Assembly (NCBI GenBank): GCA_964555875.1
Contig: CAZKUD010000003.1
Coordinates: 14,659 to 78,658 of the forward strand
Source: an uncultured archaeon
GTDB lineage: Archaea; Aenigmatarchaeota; Aenigmatarchaeia; QMZP01
DNA: 64,000 bases
Reading direction: 5' to 3'
The notes under the pieces were generated by a model, which saw nothing but the letters and a program-made list of their open reading frames with translations, was not told where the DNA came from and ran no database searches. Numbering within the stretch: the first letter of the stretch is position 1; every line of letters begins with the position of its first letter. The position numbers were made by a program, and so were the translations under genes. This document shows, one piece after another, positions 10,168 through 18,906 of the stretch.

Positions 10168-11240
10168 TTCGCACCTAATAATTTCAGCTCCTTTTCGAGC
10201 TCCATTTCAAGATTATGATTCATTCCTATATTTTTCTTTGCGTTTGCCCCCATTCTGGACGCCATTTTCGGGTTTTTGAGGAGGCAGGAAATCCCTTCAG
10301 AGAATTCCTTTTGGTTTCCGGGTTTCACCAGTATGCCTGATTTTTTGTCAAGATATTCCGGGATTCCTCCCACTCTGGTGGCCACAGTGGGCAGGCCTGC
10401 TGCCATGGCTTCCATAAGGGCCCTTGGGGAAGCATCATACCTGGATGTTATGGCAAATATGTCAGCTCCCTTCAGAAGCTCTGGCACTTTATCGGAGAAT
10501 CCCAGGAAGTGCACGTTATTGCCTGCCTCCTCCCTGCACCGTTCCATCAGGGGACCGTCTCCGCACACCACCAGATGGAGGTCTGGATGGGTTTCCAGGC
10601 AGAGCTTGTGGGCCCTTATCATGGTAATCGGGTCCTTTATGTCAATCAGCCTCCCGACGAATATGATTTTTTTCCCTCCGAGCTTCTTCATGAAGGGGCT
10701 TGGCTTGGCTCCGGTTATCCTGGACATTATTATGCCCTCGTTTATCGGCACCACCTTGTTTCCCACGAAATCCCGTACCTCATTATTGCCTGCTATAACA
10801 TGGTCCACGAACCTTACCAGCATCCTCTCCACGGGCCTTACCATGCCCCGCTTGAAGCCTTTGGTGGAGTTCCACCAAAGGTAATAATACTTTATGATGA
10901 CCCTCGTGCTGGCCAGCCTGTTGACCATGAACGCCAGCGGGAGGCTGGCCGCGCCGACAAGCCTCAACACCCTCAGACCATGCCTCTTCGTGTAGAACAA
11001 CACCACCATCCAGCCAAAAAGGATGTAGAAGAACCTGCTGTAAAGCCTTATGTGCCTGCAGTTCCTGGGCAGGTCCTTCTCATAATTCTTGGAATCATGG
11101 CTGAACACCAGGACATTATCGAAGGCTGAGCTGTACTTCCTGATGAGGAGCATCTCAGAGACTTGACTAACGTTGCCTGAACATTTCCTGAAAATTCCTT
11201 CGAATGAGCCATGGAAGCTCAGCAATATGCCAGCATTCAT
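10164..11240 (-). CDS. Glycosyltransferase family 4 (GT-B)
   Basis: C-terminal RYDASPRALMEAMAAGLPTVATRVGGIPE. The likely ATG start is MNAGILL, preceded by AAGGAGGA; the ORF-track start at 11288 is a TTG. The exact start coordinate is inferred from the ORF track frame. Confidence 0.7.
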   Translation of the reverse strand: MNAGILLSFHGSFEGIFRKCSGNVSQVSEMLLIRKYSSAFDNVLVFSHDSKNYEKDLPRNCRHIRLYSRFFYILFGWMVVLFYTKRHGLRVLRLVGAASLPLAFMVNRLASTRVIIKYYYLWWNSTKGFKRGMVRPVERMLVRFVDHVIAGNNEVRDFVGNKVVPINEGIIMSRITGAKPSPFMKKLGGKKIIFVGRLIDIKDPITMIRAHKLCLETHPDLHLVVCGDGPLMERCREEAGNNVHFLGFSDKVPELLKGADIFAITSRYDASPRALMEAMAAGLPTVATRVGGIPEYLDKKSGILVKPGNQKEFSEGISCLLKNPKMASRMGANAKKNIGMNHNLEMELEKELKLLGAK

Positions 11241-11314
11241 CAGACCACAATTCCTCCTTGGTTCAGCCAATATAAAGTTTTCTCCCAAATGCGTCCCATA
11301 ACGCCCTTTTAAGT

Positions 11315-12055
11315 ATGTTGATGGAATCTATAATTAATCATTTTATGGTCATGAGAAAGGCAAAGCTGTCGCTTATAATACCGGCATACAACGAAGAGAA
11401 GAGGATAAAAGATACATTGGAGCAGTATGCCAAGTTTTTTTCCGGGAAAATGGATTACGAGATCATCGTCATCACGGACGGCTGCACGGACAGGACGGTC
11501 GAAGTAATAAAGGAAGTGACCAGGAAACATCCGAATGTAAGGAATCGGGATTACCCCAAGAAGCTCGGGAAGGGCGGCGCTGTCCTTAAGGGATTTGAGC
11601 TGGCCAGGGGGGAGCTTGTCGCATATGCTGACGCTGACGGTGCGACCCCACCCAAAGAGCTCATGAAGCTCATTAAAAAAATGGGCCGCTATGATGGGGC
11701 GATAGGCTCCAGGTGGATGGAGGGGTCATCCATGATGCAAAAACAGCCCCTATCCAGGCGAATAGCGAGCAGGATACTAAACGCTCTTGTCAGGGCACTG
11801 CTTGGCATGCCTTACAAGGATACGCAGTGCGGCGCAAAGGTGTTCAAACGGAACGCTATAAAGGGCATCTTGGAGGGCGTCAAAACCACTAATTTTGCGT
11901 TCGACATAACGCTCCTGTTCCACATGAACAGGAAGGGGTTCAGAATAAAGGAAGTCCCCATAAAATGGTCGGACAGGGACTTCTCCACACTTAAGATAAG
12001 CAGGGCCGCCCCCAGGATGTTCCTTGTTATCATAAAACTGTTGTTCAAGAGATAG
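11315..12055 (+). CDS. GT2 polyprenyl(dolichyl)-phosphate hexosyltransferase-like glycosyltransferase
   Basis: LSLIIPAYNEEKRI, VITDGCTDRT and a DADG motif (AYADADGATPP); its size and layout resemble DPM1/AglD/AglJ-type enzymes. The true start is probably one of the internal Met codons (11345 or 11351). Confidence 0.75.
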   Translation: MLMESIINHFMVMRKAKLSLIIPAYNEEKRIKDTLEQYAKFFSGKMDYEIIVITDGCTDRTVEVIKEVTRKHPNVRNRDYPKKLGKGGAVLKGFELARGELVAYADADGATPPKELMKLIKKMGRYDGAIGSRWMEGSSMMQKQPLSRRIASRILNALVRALLGMPYKDTQCGAKVFKRNAIKGILEGVKTTNFAFDITLLFHMNRKGFRIKEVPIKWSDRDFSTLKISRAAPRMFLVIIKLLFKR

Positions 12056-12086
12056 CAAATTAAAGTATCGGATTCAAAAGAAGTAT

Positions 12087-13019
12087 ATGCTATCCAAAGC
12101 CAAGAAGCTCGTGCCTATCATAGGGATAGCCATACTCCTGTATCTTGTGCTTGAGGTGGGAGCATCGAACATAATCAATGCCATGTTGGGCGCGAATGTA
12201 ACATACCTTATGTTGGCCATTGTCTTGGTGGTGCCCTATCTTCTCCTACAGACGCATAAATGGTGGTACATAATAAGGAAACTGGAGGGGCCCCTCGGGT
12301 TCTCTTATCTCCTGAAGATATACATCATAGGGACGTTCTGGAGCGTAATAACCCCCGGAAAGATCGGGACGTTCTCCAGAATAGCTTACATAAAAAGGAA
12401 GACAGGAAAGGATCTTGGGGAGAGCAGCCTGAGCGTGGTTCTGGACAAGATGCTTGATATGTTCGCGCTTTTCATGCTTGCTATAATCGGGGGCGTGCTT
12501 CTTACTGGGTATGTATCAGGAATGATGCTTGTCATGATGGCCGTGCTGTTCGCGGCCTTTATTGTCATGTCTGCTCTTCTTATGAAGAAGAGCACAAGCA
12601 GGGCATTGATGAGGCTTGTCCATAGGTTCATACTGCCGCAAAGGTTCAGGTCCGGCGCCCACAAGTCATTCAATTCCTTCTACAAGAGCGTACCGTCCAT
12701 CAGGCGCCTCGTTGTCCCGTTCGTATCAACTGCACTGAGCTGGATTGTCATATACTCAGCCAATCATTTCGTGGCGCTGTCTCTTGGCATACATGTCCCA
12801 TGGCACATCTTCGTGACGCTTTTTCCCATAGCCACGATAATAGGGCTGATACCCATAACTGTTTCAGGATGGGGGACCCGTGAAGCAGTGCTAATAGGCC
12901 TTCTCGCCCCCTTCGCAGCGACCGCAGAGAGCGTGATAGCCATGAGCATATTAATATTTTTCATGACCGGTGTGCCGCCCGCTGCGCTGGGCGCCATCCT
13001 TTCATTCTCTGAGAAATAG
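12087..13019 (+). CDS. UPF0104 / LPG-synthase TM-region family membrane protein (second copy)
   Basis: Multi-TM protein that is a clear paralog of 1718-2671, with the same N-terminal and loop pattern. Confidence 0.6.
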   Translation: MLSKAKKLVPIIGIAILLYLVLEVGASNIINAMLGANVTYLMLAIVLVVPYLLLQTHKWWYIIRKLEGPLGFSYLLKIYIIGTFWSVITPGKIGTFSRIAYIKRKTGKDLGESSLSVVLDKMLDMFALFMLAIIGGVLLTGYVSGMMLVMMAVLFAAFIVMSALLMKKSTSRALMRLVHRFILPQRFRSGAHKSFNSFYKSVPSIRRLVVPFVSTALSWIVIYSANHFVALSLGIHVPWHIFVTLFPIATIIGLIPITVSGWGTREAVLIGLLAPFAATAESVIAMSILIFFMTGVPPAALGAILSFSEK

Positions 13020-13655
13020 TCAGATGAAGCCGTACTTTAGCATTAGCTCTGGATTGGCTGCGGACGCAAGCGCATCCACGTCATCCCTTATCTTCCTCAA
13101 CCTGTCCATCGCCATGTGCATGGATTCGACAAAAACCTTCTTCTCGCCGTGCCTGCTGAATATGTCCTCCATCCTCTCCTCAAAAGTCATGATTCTCTTG
13201 CCGTCCGAATGGAGGTCCCCGTATGCAACCAGTATCTCGTTCCATGTCTTGGGGAAGAATTCCTCCGGGTTAAAGTCCCTGTAAGGAGTCCCGTCCCTCC
13301 TCTCTATCTCCAGGGTTTCGCCGATTGTGAAGTGCGTCCTGACTGCCCTGGCTATCCTGGGCATACCCTCCCGCTCAAGATATTCCCCTGTCAGGATGGT
13401 TTCATGGAGGAAGTCCTCCGTGAAGCACTTGCCGAGGTCGTGTAATATGCCGGCCGCTTCGATTTCCTCGGGGCCCACATTAAATTCCGTGTTATACACC
13501 CTTATTGCAACTGCCCGGCCCCTGGCTATCTTGCCAGTGTCATAGGAGTGTTTCCGGTAGTTTGCCGGGTTCTGTATGAGCCCGCTTTCTGATATATGCC
13601 TCTCCAGGTAAGCCCCGGCATCTGCCGCTGTTTTTATCACCATATTCATCACCAA
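13020..13655 (-). CDS. HD-domain metal-dependent phosphohydrolase-family protein
   Basis: H...HD signature (RKHSYDTG ... AAGILHDLGK) with downstream His/Asp residues. It is divergent from the phosphonate operon across a 72-bp AT-rich spacer. Confidence 0.65.
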   Translation of the reverse strand: MVMNMVIKTAADAGAYLERHISESGLIQNPANYRKHSYDTGKIARGRAVAIRVYNTEFNVGPEEIEAAGILHDLGKCFTEDFLHETILTGEYLEREGMPRIARAVRTHFTIGETLEIERRDGTPYRDFNPEEFFPKTWNEILVAYGDLHSDGKRIMTFEERMEDIFSRHGEKKVFVESMHMAMDRLRKIRDDVDALASAANPELMLKYGFI

Positions 13656-13727
13656 TGGGGTATAAAATGGGAAAAAGGCTTAAATAGGCTCATTTTATAG
13701 TTAATTAAGAAACTTGAGGTAGGAACC

Positions 13728-15449
13728 ATGACGCTCAAGAACAAAATCATGCCTGATGCAAGGGTAGGGTCCCTGAAGAAGCTCCTTGACCAGGGAAGGC
13801 TCGTGAGGGTGATAGAGGCCCACAACGGGCTGAGCGCTATCATAGGCAACGATATATCAGTCGAAGACGGTGAGGGCAAGGGCAGGGGGTTTGATGCCCT
13901 GTGGGTGAGCAGCCTGACAGAGACCGCTGCAAAAGGCCACCCTGACGTCGAGATACTGGGGTTCACATCCAGGCTCAATACCATACACGAGGTGGCGGAG
14001 GTGTCCAACAAGCCTATAATAGTTGACGGCGATACAGGGATGGATTCCAACCATTTCGAATACATGGTAAAGAAGATGGAGAGGGCAGGGGTTTCCGCGG
14101 TCATAATAGAGGACAAGGTCTTCCCGAAAAGGAACAGCCTGGACGGGGAGGCAAAGCAGACACTAGAAGACCCCAAGACGTTTGCCGCAAAGATAAGGCG
14201 CGGGAGGGAGATCAGAATAAACGATTCCTTCCTGATAATAGCAAGGATAGAGAGCCTTATAGCGGGGGCAGGCCTTGAAGACGCCCTGATGAGGGCCAGG
14301 GCATATCTCGATGCCGGGGCAGATGGCATAATGATACACTCCAAGTCCAAGGACCCGGCAGAGATACTCAGGTTCGCGGAAGAATACAAGAAGATATGCC
14401 AAGAGCTCGGAGTGAAGAAGCCGCTCATTTCCGTTCCCACTGCATACAACACGATCACTGACGAGGAACTGCATAAGAGGGGCTTCAACATAGTCATTCA
14501 TGCCAATCATATGCTGAGGTCATCCTGCAAGGCGATGGAGGATGTGTGCAGGCTGATACTGGCGAGTGGGAGGTCCATGGAGACGGACCCCTTCTGTGCG
14601 CCCGTCAAGCATGTCTTCAGGCTCGTGGGTTTTGAGGACGTAAAGCAAAAGGATGCGGAGAACGAGGACATGCTAATGAACAAGATGAGGGTAATAATAC
14701 CGGCGGCCGGGGAGCACCCTGACCTTGAGGGCGTTCTGGGGGGCAGGCCGTGCTGCATGCTGGACATCAACGGCAAGACCATACTTGAGAGGCAGATAGA
14801 GGCCACCGGAAAGTTTGGGCTGAAGAATGTCGTGGTCATAAGGGGGCACCAGAAGGGACAGATAAGGGCCGAAGGCGTCAAGTTCTTTGACAACGACGAC
14901 TACGCAAATACGTCTGTCATGGCTTCCCTCATGAAGGCAAAGGAGGAGTTCGGGGAGGGATTCATATATGTGAATTCTGACATCATTTTCGAAGAGGAAA
15001 TGATTAAAGGGCTCATGGCAGAAGATTCTGATATCGTAATCATAGTTGACGGCAGCTACAGGAACCACAAACACGATGTCGACAAGAGGCTTGACCTGGT
15101 GACATTGAAGCACTCTTCTGGGGGCCACAGGAACCTCAAGAGGAAGGGGAATTTTGCGCTTAGGATAGGCAAGAACATACCCAAAGAAATGGCTGACGGC
15201 GAGTTCATAGGCATGGCCAAGTTCTCCAGGGAAGGGGCAGCTAACCTGAGGAAGGTATACGAGGACTGCATGGAAAAGCACAAGGGCAGGTTCCACGAAG
15301 CGGATTCTGTGGAAAGGTCCGGAATTACCGACATGTTGCAGGAGCTTATTGACAGGGGGTTCAAGGTTTCTGTCATCGAAGTGTACCAGGGATGGACCGA
15401 AATACACAACAAGGATGACATTGAAAGGGCAAGGGGTGAGGTTGCATGA
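13728..15449 (+). CDS. pepM: Phosphoenolpyruvate phosphomutase (PepM) fused to a C-terminal nucleotidyltransferase domain
   Basis: The N-terminal domain has EAHNGLSA, LWVSSL, IVDGDTGMD and IIEDKVFPKRNS (the EDKx5NS PepM signature). The C-terminal roughly 270 aa have an NTP-transferase fold start, VIIPAAGEHP...GGRPCCMLDINGKTILERQI. Confidence 0.85.
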   Translation: MTLKNKIMPDARVGSLKKLLDQGRLVRVIEAHNGLSAIIGNDISVEDGEGKGRGFDALWVSSLTETAAKGHPDVEILGFTSRLNTIHEVAEVSNKPIIVDGDTGMDSNHFEYMVKKMERAGVSAVIIEDKVFPKRNSLDGEAKQTLEDPKTFAAKIRRGREIRINDSFLIIARIESLIAGAGLEDALMRARAYLDAGADGIMIHSKSKDPAEILRFAEEYKKICQELGVKKPLISVPTAYNTITDEELHKRGFNIVIHANHMLRSSCKAMEDVCRLILASGRSMETDPFCAPVKHVFRLVGFEDVKQKDAENEDMLMNKMRVIIPAAGEHPDLEGVLGGRPCCMLDINGKTILERQIEATGKFGLKNVVVIRGHQKGQIRAEGVKFFDNDDYANTSVMASLMKAKEEFGEGFIYVNSDIIFEEEMIKGLMAEDSDIVIIVDGSYRNHKHDVDKRLDLVTLKHSSGGHRNLKRKGNFALRIGKNIPKEMADGEFIGMAKFSREGAANLRKVYEDCMEKHKGRFHEADSVERSGITDMLQELIDRGFKVSVIEVYQGWTEIHNKDDIERARGEVA

Positions 15450-16582
15450 ACTCCGGTGAATTCTGCTCAAGGCTGAAGGGCCTTGGATACAGCTTCTTTG
15501 CTGGCGTTCCCTGCTCCTTCTTCAAGGACACGATAAACTACGTGATAAGCGACAAGGACACGTTCTATGTTTCGGCTGTGAATGAGGGTGCAGCAGTAGG
15601 GATAGCGTCCGGCGCCCAGCTTGCCGGCAAGAAGGCCGCCGTGGTAATGCAGAACGCTGGCGTCGGCAACACCATAAACCCGCTGACATCTCTCAACATG
15701 ATATACAACATCCCAATCCTTATCTTCATAAGCGGAAGGGGTTATGGCGTGAAGGACGAGCCCCAGCACGCAATAATGGGCAGGGCCACACATAAGCTCA
15801 TGGAAGAGATAGGCGTTGAGGTGAAGGACCTGCCTGAAGATGATGATGAGGCCTTCAGGGAGATGGAGAGCTTTGATAAGAAGATGTCGGACGGAAAGCC
15901 CAGGGCTTTTGTCATCAGGAAGGGCACGATAGGGGCATGCGAGACTGAAAGGGGGGACATGAAGGAGAGGGTAATAGAGCCCCATTATTCCTCTGAAGAG
16001 AGGCCAAAGGGACTCATCAGCAGGTATGACGCCATAGAAACCGTAAGCAGGCTGATGGATGACAGAACCGCTGTTGTGGCCACCACAGGAAAGATATCAA
16101 GGGAGCTTTTCACCATAAATGACCGGCCGCTCAACTTCTACATGCAGGGATCCATGGGCCATGCCGCCGCGATAGGCCTGGGTGTAGCCATATGCAAGCC
16201 GGACAGGAAGGTCGTGGTGATGGACGGGGACGGGGCGGCCCTCATGCACATGGGCACGCTTTCGACCATAGGCCATTATGCTCCCGAGAACCTCACGCAT
16301 ATAGTGTTCGACAACGAGTGCCATGAAACAACCGGGGGGCAGGGCACCACATCAGTGACGGCCAGGCTTGACGATGTCGCCAGGTCATGCAGGTACAGCA
16401 GGGTGTACAGGGTGTACACGATAGAGGGCTTGGAGAATGCGGTCAGGGAGTCCTTGGAGGGGGATGGACCAGGGTTTATACTGGTGAAGGTCAGCAGGGA
16501 GAAGAAGGAAGGCATACCAAGGATAACCACTAAATACACAACGGAGGAAACCGCAAGGATATTCAGGGAGGCGCTTTCGTAA
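15446..16582 (+). CDS. ppd: Phosphonopyruvate decarboxylase (ThDP-dependent)
   Basis: The N-terminus GYSFFAGVPCSFFKD is typical of Ppd/AepY. ThDP motif: MDGDGAALMHMGTLSTIG...FDNECHETTGGQ. ATGA overlap with pepM. Confidence 0.8.
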   Translation: MNSGEFCSRLKGLGYSFFAGVPCSFFKDTINYVISDKDTFYVSAVNEGAAVGIASGAQLAGKKAAVVMQNAGVGNTINPLTSLNMIYNIPILIFISGRGYGVKDEPQHAIMGRATHKLMEEIGVEVKDLPEDDDEAFREMESFDKKMSDGKPRAFVIRKGTIGACETERGDMKERVIEPHYSSEERPKGLISRYDAIETVSRLMDDRTAVVATTGKISRELFTINDRPLNFYMQGSMGHAAAIGLGVAICKPDRKVVVMDGDGAALMHMGTLSTIGHYAPENLTHIVFDNECHETTGGQGTTSVTARLDDVARSCRYSRVYRVYTIEGLENAVRESLEGDGPGFILVKVSREKKEGIPRITTKYTTEETARIFREALS

Positions 16583-17721
16583 TGAGCCAGGAGATTGTTT
16601 TTGGGCCAGGCAAACTCCGTGAGCTTGGCAGCATAATAGAAAGGCTGGGGCCCAAATCCATCTTTCTCGTTACAGGCAAAAGGTCTTATGATTCCTGCGG
16701 AGCCAGGGAGATCGTAGAAGAGGCATGCAAAGGTAGGGAAGTCCACAGGTTCAGCGATTTCGAGGTCAACCCAAAGATTGAGGACGTCAAGAGGGGCATA
16801 AAGATTTGCCTGGAGAATGGCTGTGACCTTGTTGTGGCCGTCGGTGGGGGAAGCGTGATGGATGTCGGGAAGTCAGTTGCCATACTGTCCCGGCAAGAAG
16901 ACAAGGAACATCCGGAGAGATACATAACCAAGGAAGAGGCCCCTTTGCCTAAGACCCTCCCCATGGTTGCGGCTCCGACCACGTTCGGGACAGGGAGCGA
17001 ATCCACGCATTTTGCGGTGGTATACATAGGCAAGGACAAGTACTCACTTGCCGATGGGATGATGGTCCCCAAGGTCGCCATAATAGACCCCAGGATGTCT
17101 AAAACCCTGACAAGGAAGATAAAGGGAAGCACCGCATTCGATGCCATATGCCAGGCCCTGGAGGCCTACTGGTCAAACAGGTCCACGGAAGAGTCAAAAG
17201 AATACAGCACCAAGGCGCTGAAGCTCATGGTCCCATCAATTGAAAGGTTTGTCAATGAAGGGTATGACGAGAGGGCAGCATCTGACATGGCGCTTGGAAG
17301 CAACCTGGCGGGAAGGGCCATAAACATAGCCAAAACAACCGCTGTGCATTCGACTTCATATCCCATGACATCATATTTCGGTGTCCCCCATGGCCAGGCA
17401 TGCGCCATAACCCTGCCCGAATTTTTCAGGTTCAACTGCGGAGTGGGTGAGGGCAACATACAAGACAGCAGAGGCATTGGTTATGTCAAGGACATTATGA
17501 AGAGCATACCTGGACTGTTTGGGATGGAAAGCGAGGAGGAATGCTACAACAAGATTAAGACCCTTATGGTCAATTGCGGGCTTGCAACCAGATTGGGGGA
17601 CCTGAACATAAATGACATAAAGCTCATACTGGACAACGGCTTCAATCCGGAGAGGGTCAAGAACAACCCCGTGAAGGTCACAAGGTCTGATTTGAGGAGG
17701 CTGCTGGAGGGGATAGGATGA
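16582..17721 (+). CDS. Group III iron-containing alcohol dehydrogenase; candidate phosphonoacetaldehyde reductase (PhpC/FomC/Pdh-like)
   Basis: GGGSVMDVGK motif and His-rich metal site region (AVHSTSYPM...PHGQAC). TAATG overlap with ppd; the substrate assignment comes from operon context. Confidence 0.7.
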   Translation: MSQEIVFGPGKLRELGSIIERLGPKSIFLVTGKRSYDSCGAREIVEEACKGREVHRFSDFEVNPKIEDVKRGIKICLENGCDLVVAVGGGSVMDVGKSVAILSRQEDKEHPERYITKEEAPLPKTLPMVAAPTTFGTGSESTHFAVVYIGKDKYSLADGMMVPKVAIIDPRMSKTLTRKIKGSTAFDAICQALEAYWSNRSTEESKEYSTKALKLMVPSIERFVNEGYDERAASDMALGSNLAGRAINIAKTTAVHSTSYPMTSYFGVPHGQACAITLPEFFRFNCGVGEGNIQDSRGIGYVKDIMKSIPGLFGMESEEECYNKIKTLMVNCGLATRLGDLNINDIKLILDNGFNPERVKNNPVKVTRSDLRRLLEGIG

Positions 17722-18428
17722 AGGCTGTCATACTGGCCTCCGGCGCGGCCACCAGGCTCAGGCCGCTTACGGACAATGTGCCCAAGTGCCTCATAGAAGT
17801 CAATGGGGACACAATACTGGGAAGAATGCTGAGGGGGCTGGAAAGGAACGGGGTAAAGGATATCCTGATAACCACCGGCCACATGGGAGATGCTGTCAGA
17901 GAGTACGTGAAAAGCAATTTTCCGGGCCTTAACGTAGAGTATGTTCATAATCCCATGTTTGGGGACACAAATTACATATATTCCATGTGGCTTGCCAAAG
18001 ACAAGGTGACCGATGATGACATCCTGCTCCTTCACGGGGACCTGGTTTTTGACGAGACGCTCCTCGAAAGGGCGGTGAATGTAACCGGCAGCATGGTACT
18101 GGTCAACAAAAGCGTGCCTCCACCAGAGAAGGACTTCAAGGGCCTTGTTGTGGATGGGCACGTGAAGAACGTGGGAGTGAACGTGTTTGGGGATGGGGCA
18201 TTCTTCCTGGCCCCGATGTACAGGCTTTCCAAGGAAGCTTTCAAGGTATGGATGTCTGAGATAAACCGCTTTGTGGGCAATGGGAAGGTCAAATGCTATG
18301 CAGAGGATGCTTTCAACAACGTATCACATATAATAAAGGTTGCCCCCCTGTACTACACAGAATTCTGTATGGAAATAGATACCCCGGAAGACCTGGAAAA
18401 GGCAAAAAAGGCGCCCGAGATGGCCTGA
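17718..18428 (+). CDS. Nucleotidyltransferase (LicC/sugar-phosphate NTP-transferase fold); candidate phosphonate cytidylyltransferase
   Basis: AVILASGAATRLRPLTDNVPKCLIEVNG is the G-x-G-x-R-L signature. ATGA overlap with the upstream ADH gene. Confidence 0.7.
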   Translation: MKAVILASGAATRLRPLTDNVPKCLIEVNGDTILGRMLRGLERNGVKDILITTGHMGDAVREYVKSNFPGLNVEYVHNPMFGDTNYIYSMWLAKDKVTDDDILLLHGDLVFDETLLERAVNVTGSMVLVNKSVPPPEKDFKGLVVDGHVKNVGVNVFGDGAFFLAPMYRLSKEAFKVWMSEINRFVGNGKVKCYAEDAFNNVSHIIKVAPLYYTEFCMEIDTPEDLEKAKKAPEMA

Positions 18429-18489
18429 CAATTAATAGGCTAAGGTGGCACAATAAGCTTGGTAAAGGCATGCTTGGGGTGAGATGTCA

Positions 18490-18903
18490 TTATTTCAGTA
18501 TCCCGAACGTCAGCCTCTTGTGGCCGTTGAAGTTCCAGAAGACCACTATCAATATGGACAGCATCTTGGCCAGCATGTACCAGAGCCCGAAGAACTCGAC
18601 GAACACAAAGAGGAACATTTGGTTTAGGGCAAGCCCAACCATGGCAACGGCCACAAAAAGGCCGAACTGCTTTGCTATTTTTTTGCTCTTGTTCTTGAAA
18701 TTGAGGTACTTGTTAAGGGAGTAATCTGTCGCCATGCCCGCTATATAGGACAGTCCCGCAGAGAACAAGTACCATATGCCTAGGAATTCTGTCAGGGAGA
18801 ATAGCAGCCCCAAGTCAACAAGCGCAGCTATGCCACCGAAGAACATGTAGTTTATGAAGAGCCTCATGTCCTGCTTCCCGAATATCGGTTTTATCACATC
18901 CAT
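18490..18903 (-). CDS. GtrA-family membrane protein
   Basis: 137 aa with 4 TM segments and the GtrA-like motif FINYMFFGGIAALVDLGLLF. Confidence 0.7.
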   Translation of the reverse strand: MDVIKPIFGKQDMRLFINYMFFGGIAALVDLGLLFSLTEFLGIWYLFSAGLSYIAGMATDYSLNKYLNFKNKSKKIAKQFGLFVAVAMVGLALNQMFLFVFVEFFGLWYMLAKMLSILIVVFWNFNGHKRLTFGILK

Positions 18904-18906
18904 GTT

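Noticed and set aside
13649-14497. 282-aa ORF antisense to pepM
   Set aside because: It lies entirely inside and opposite the strongly supported PEP mutase gene. Its Ser/Leu/Ile-rich low-complexity composition is typical of a shadow frame, and it has no promoter or RBS context.
16582-17721. Fe-ADH considered as glycerol-1-phosphate dehydrogenase (archaeal lipid backbone enzyme)
   Set aside because: The motif set (GGGSVMDVGK, the length, the His cluster) fits generic group III ADHs. The TAATG/ATGA coupling to ppd and an NTase argues for a phosphonoacetaldehyde reductase role. Only an assay or phylogeny can settle this.
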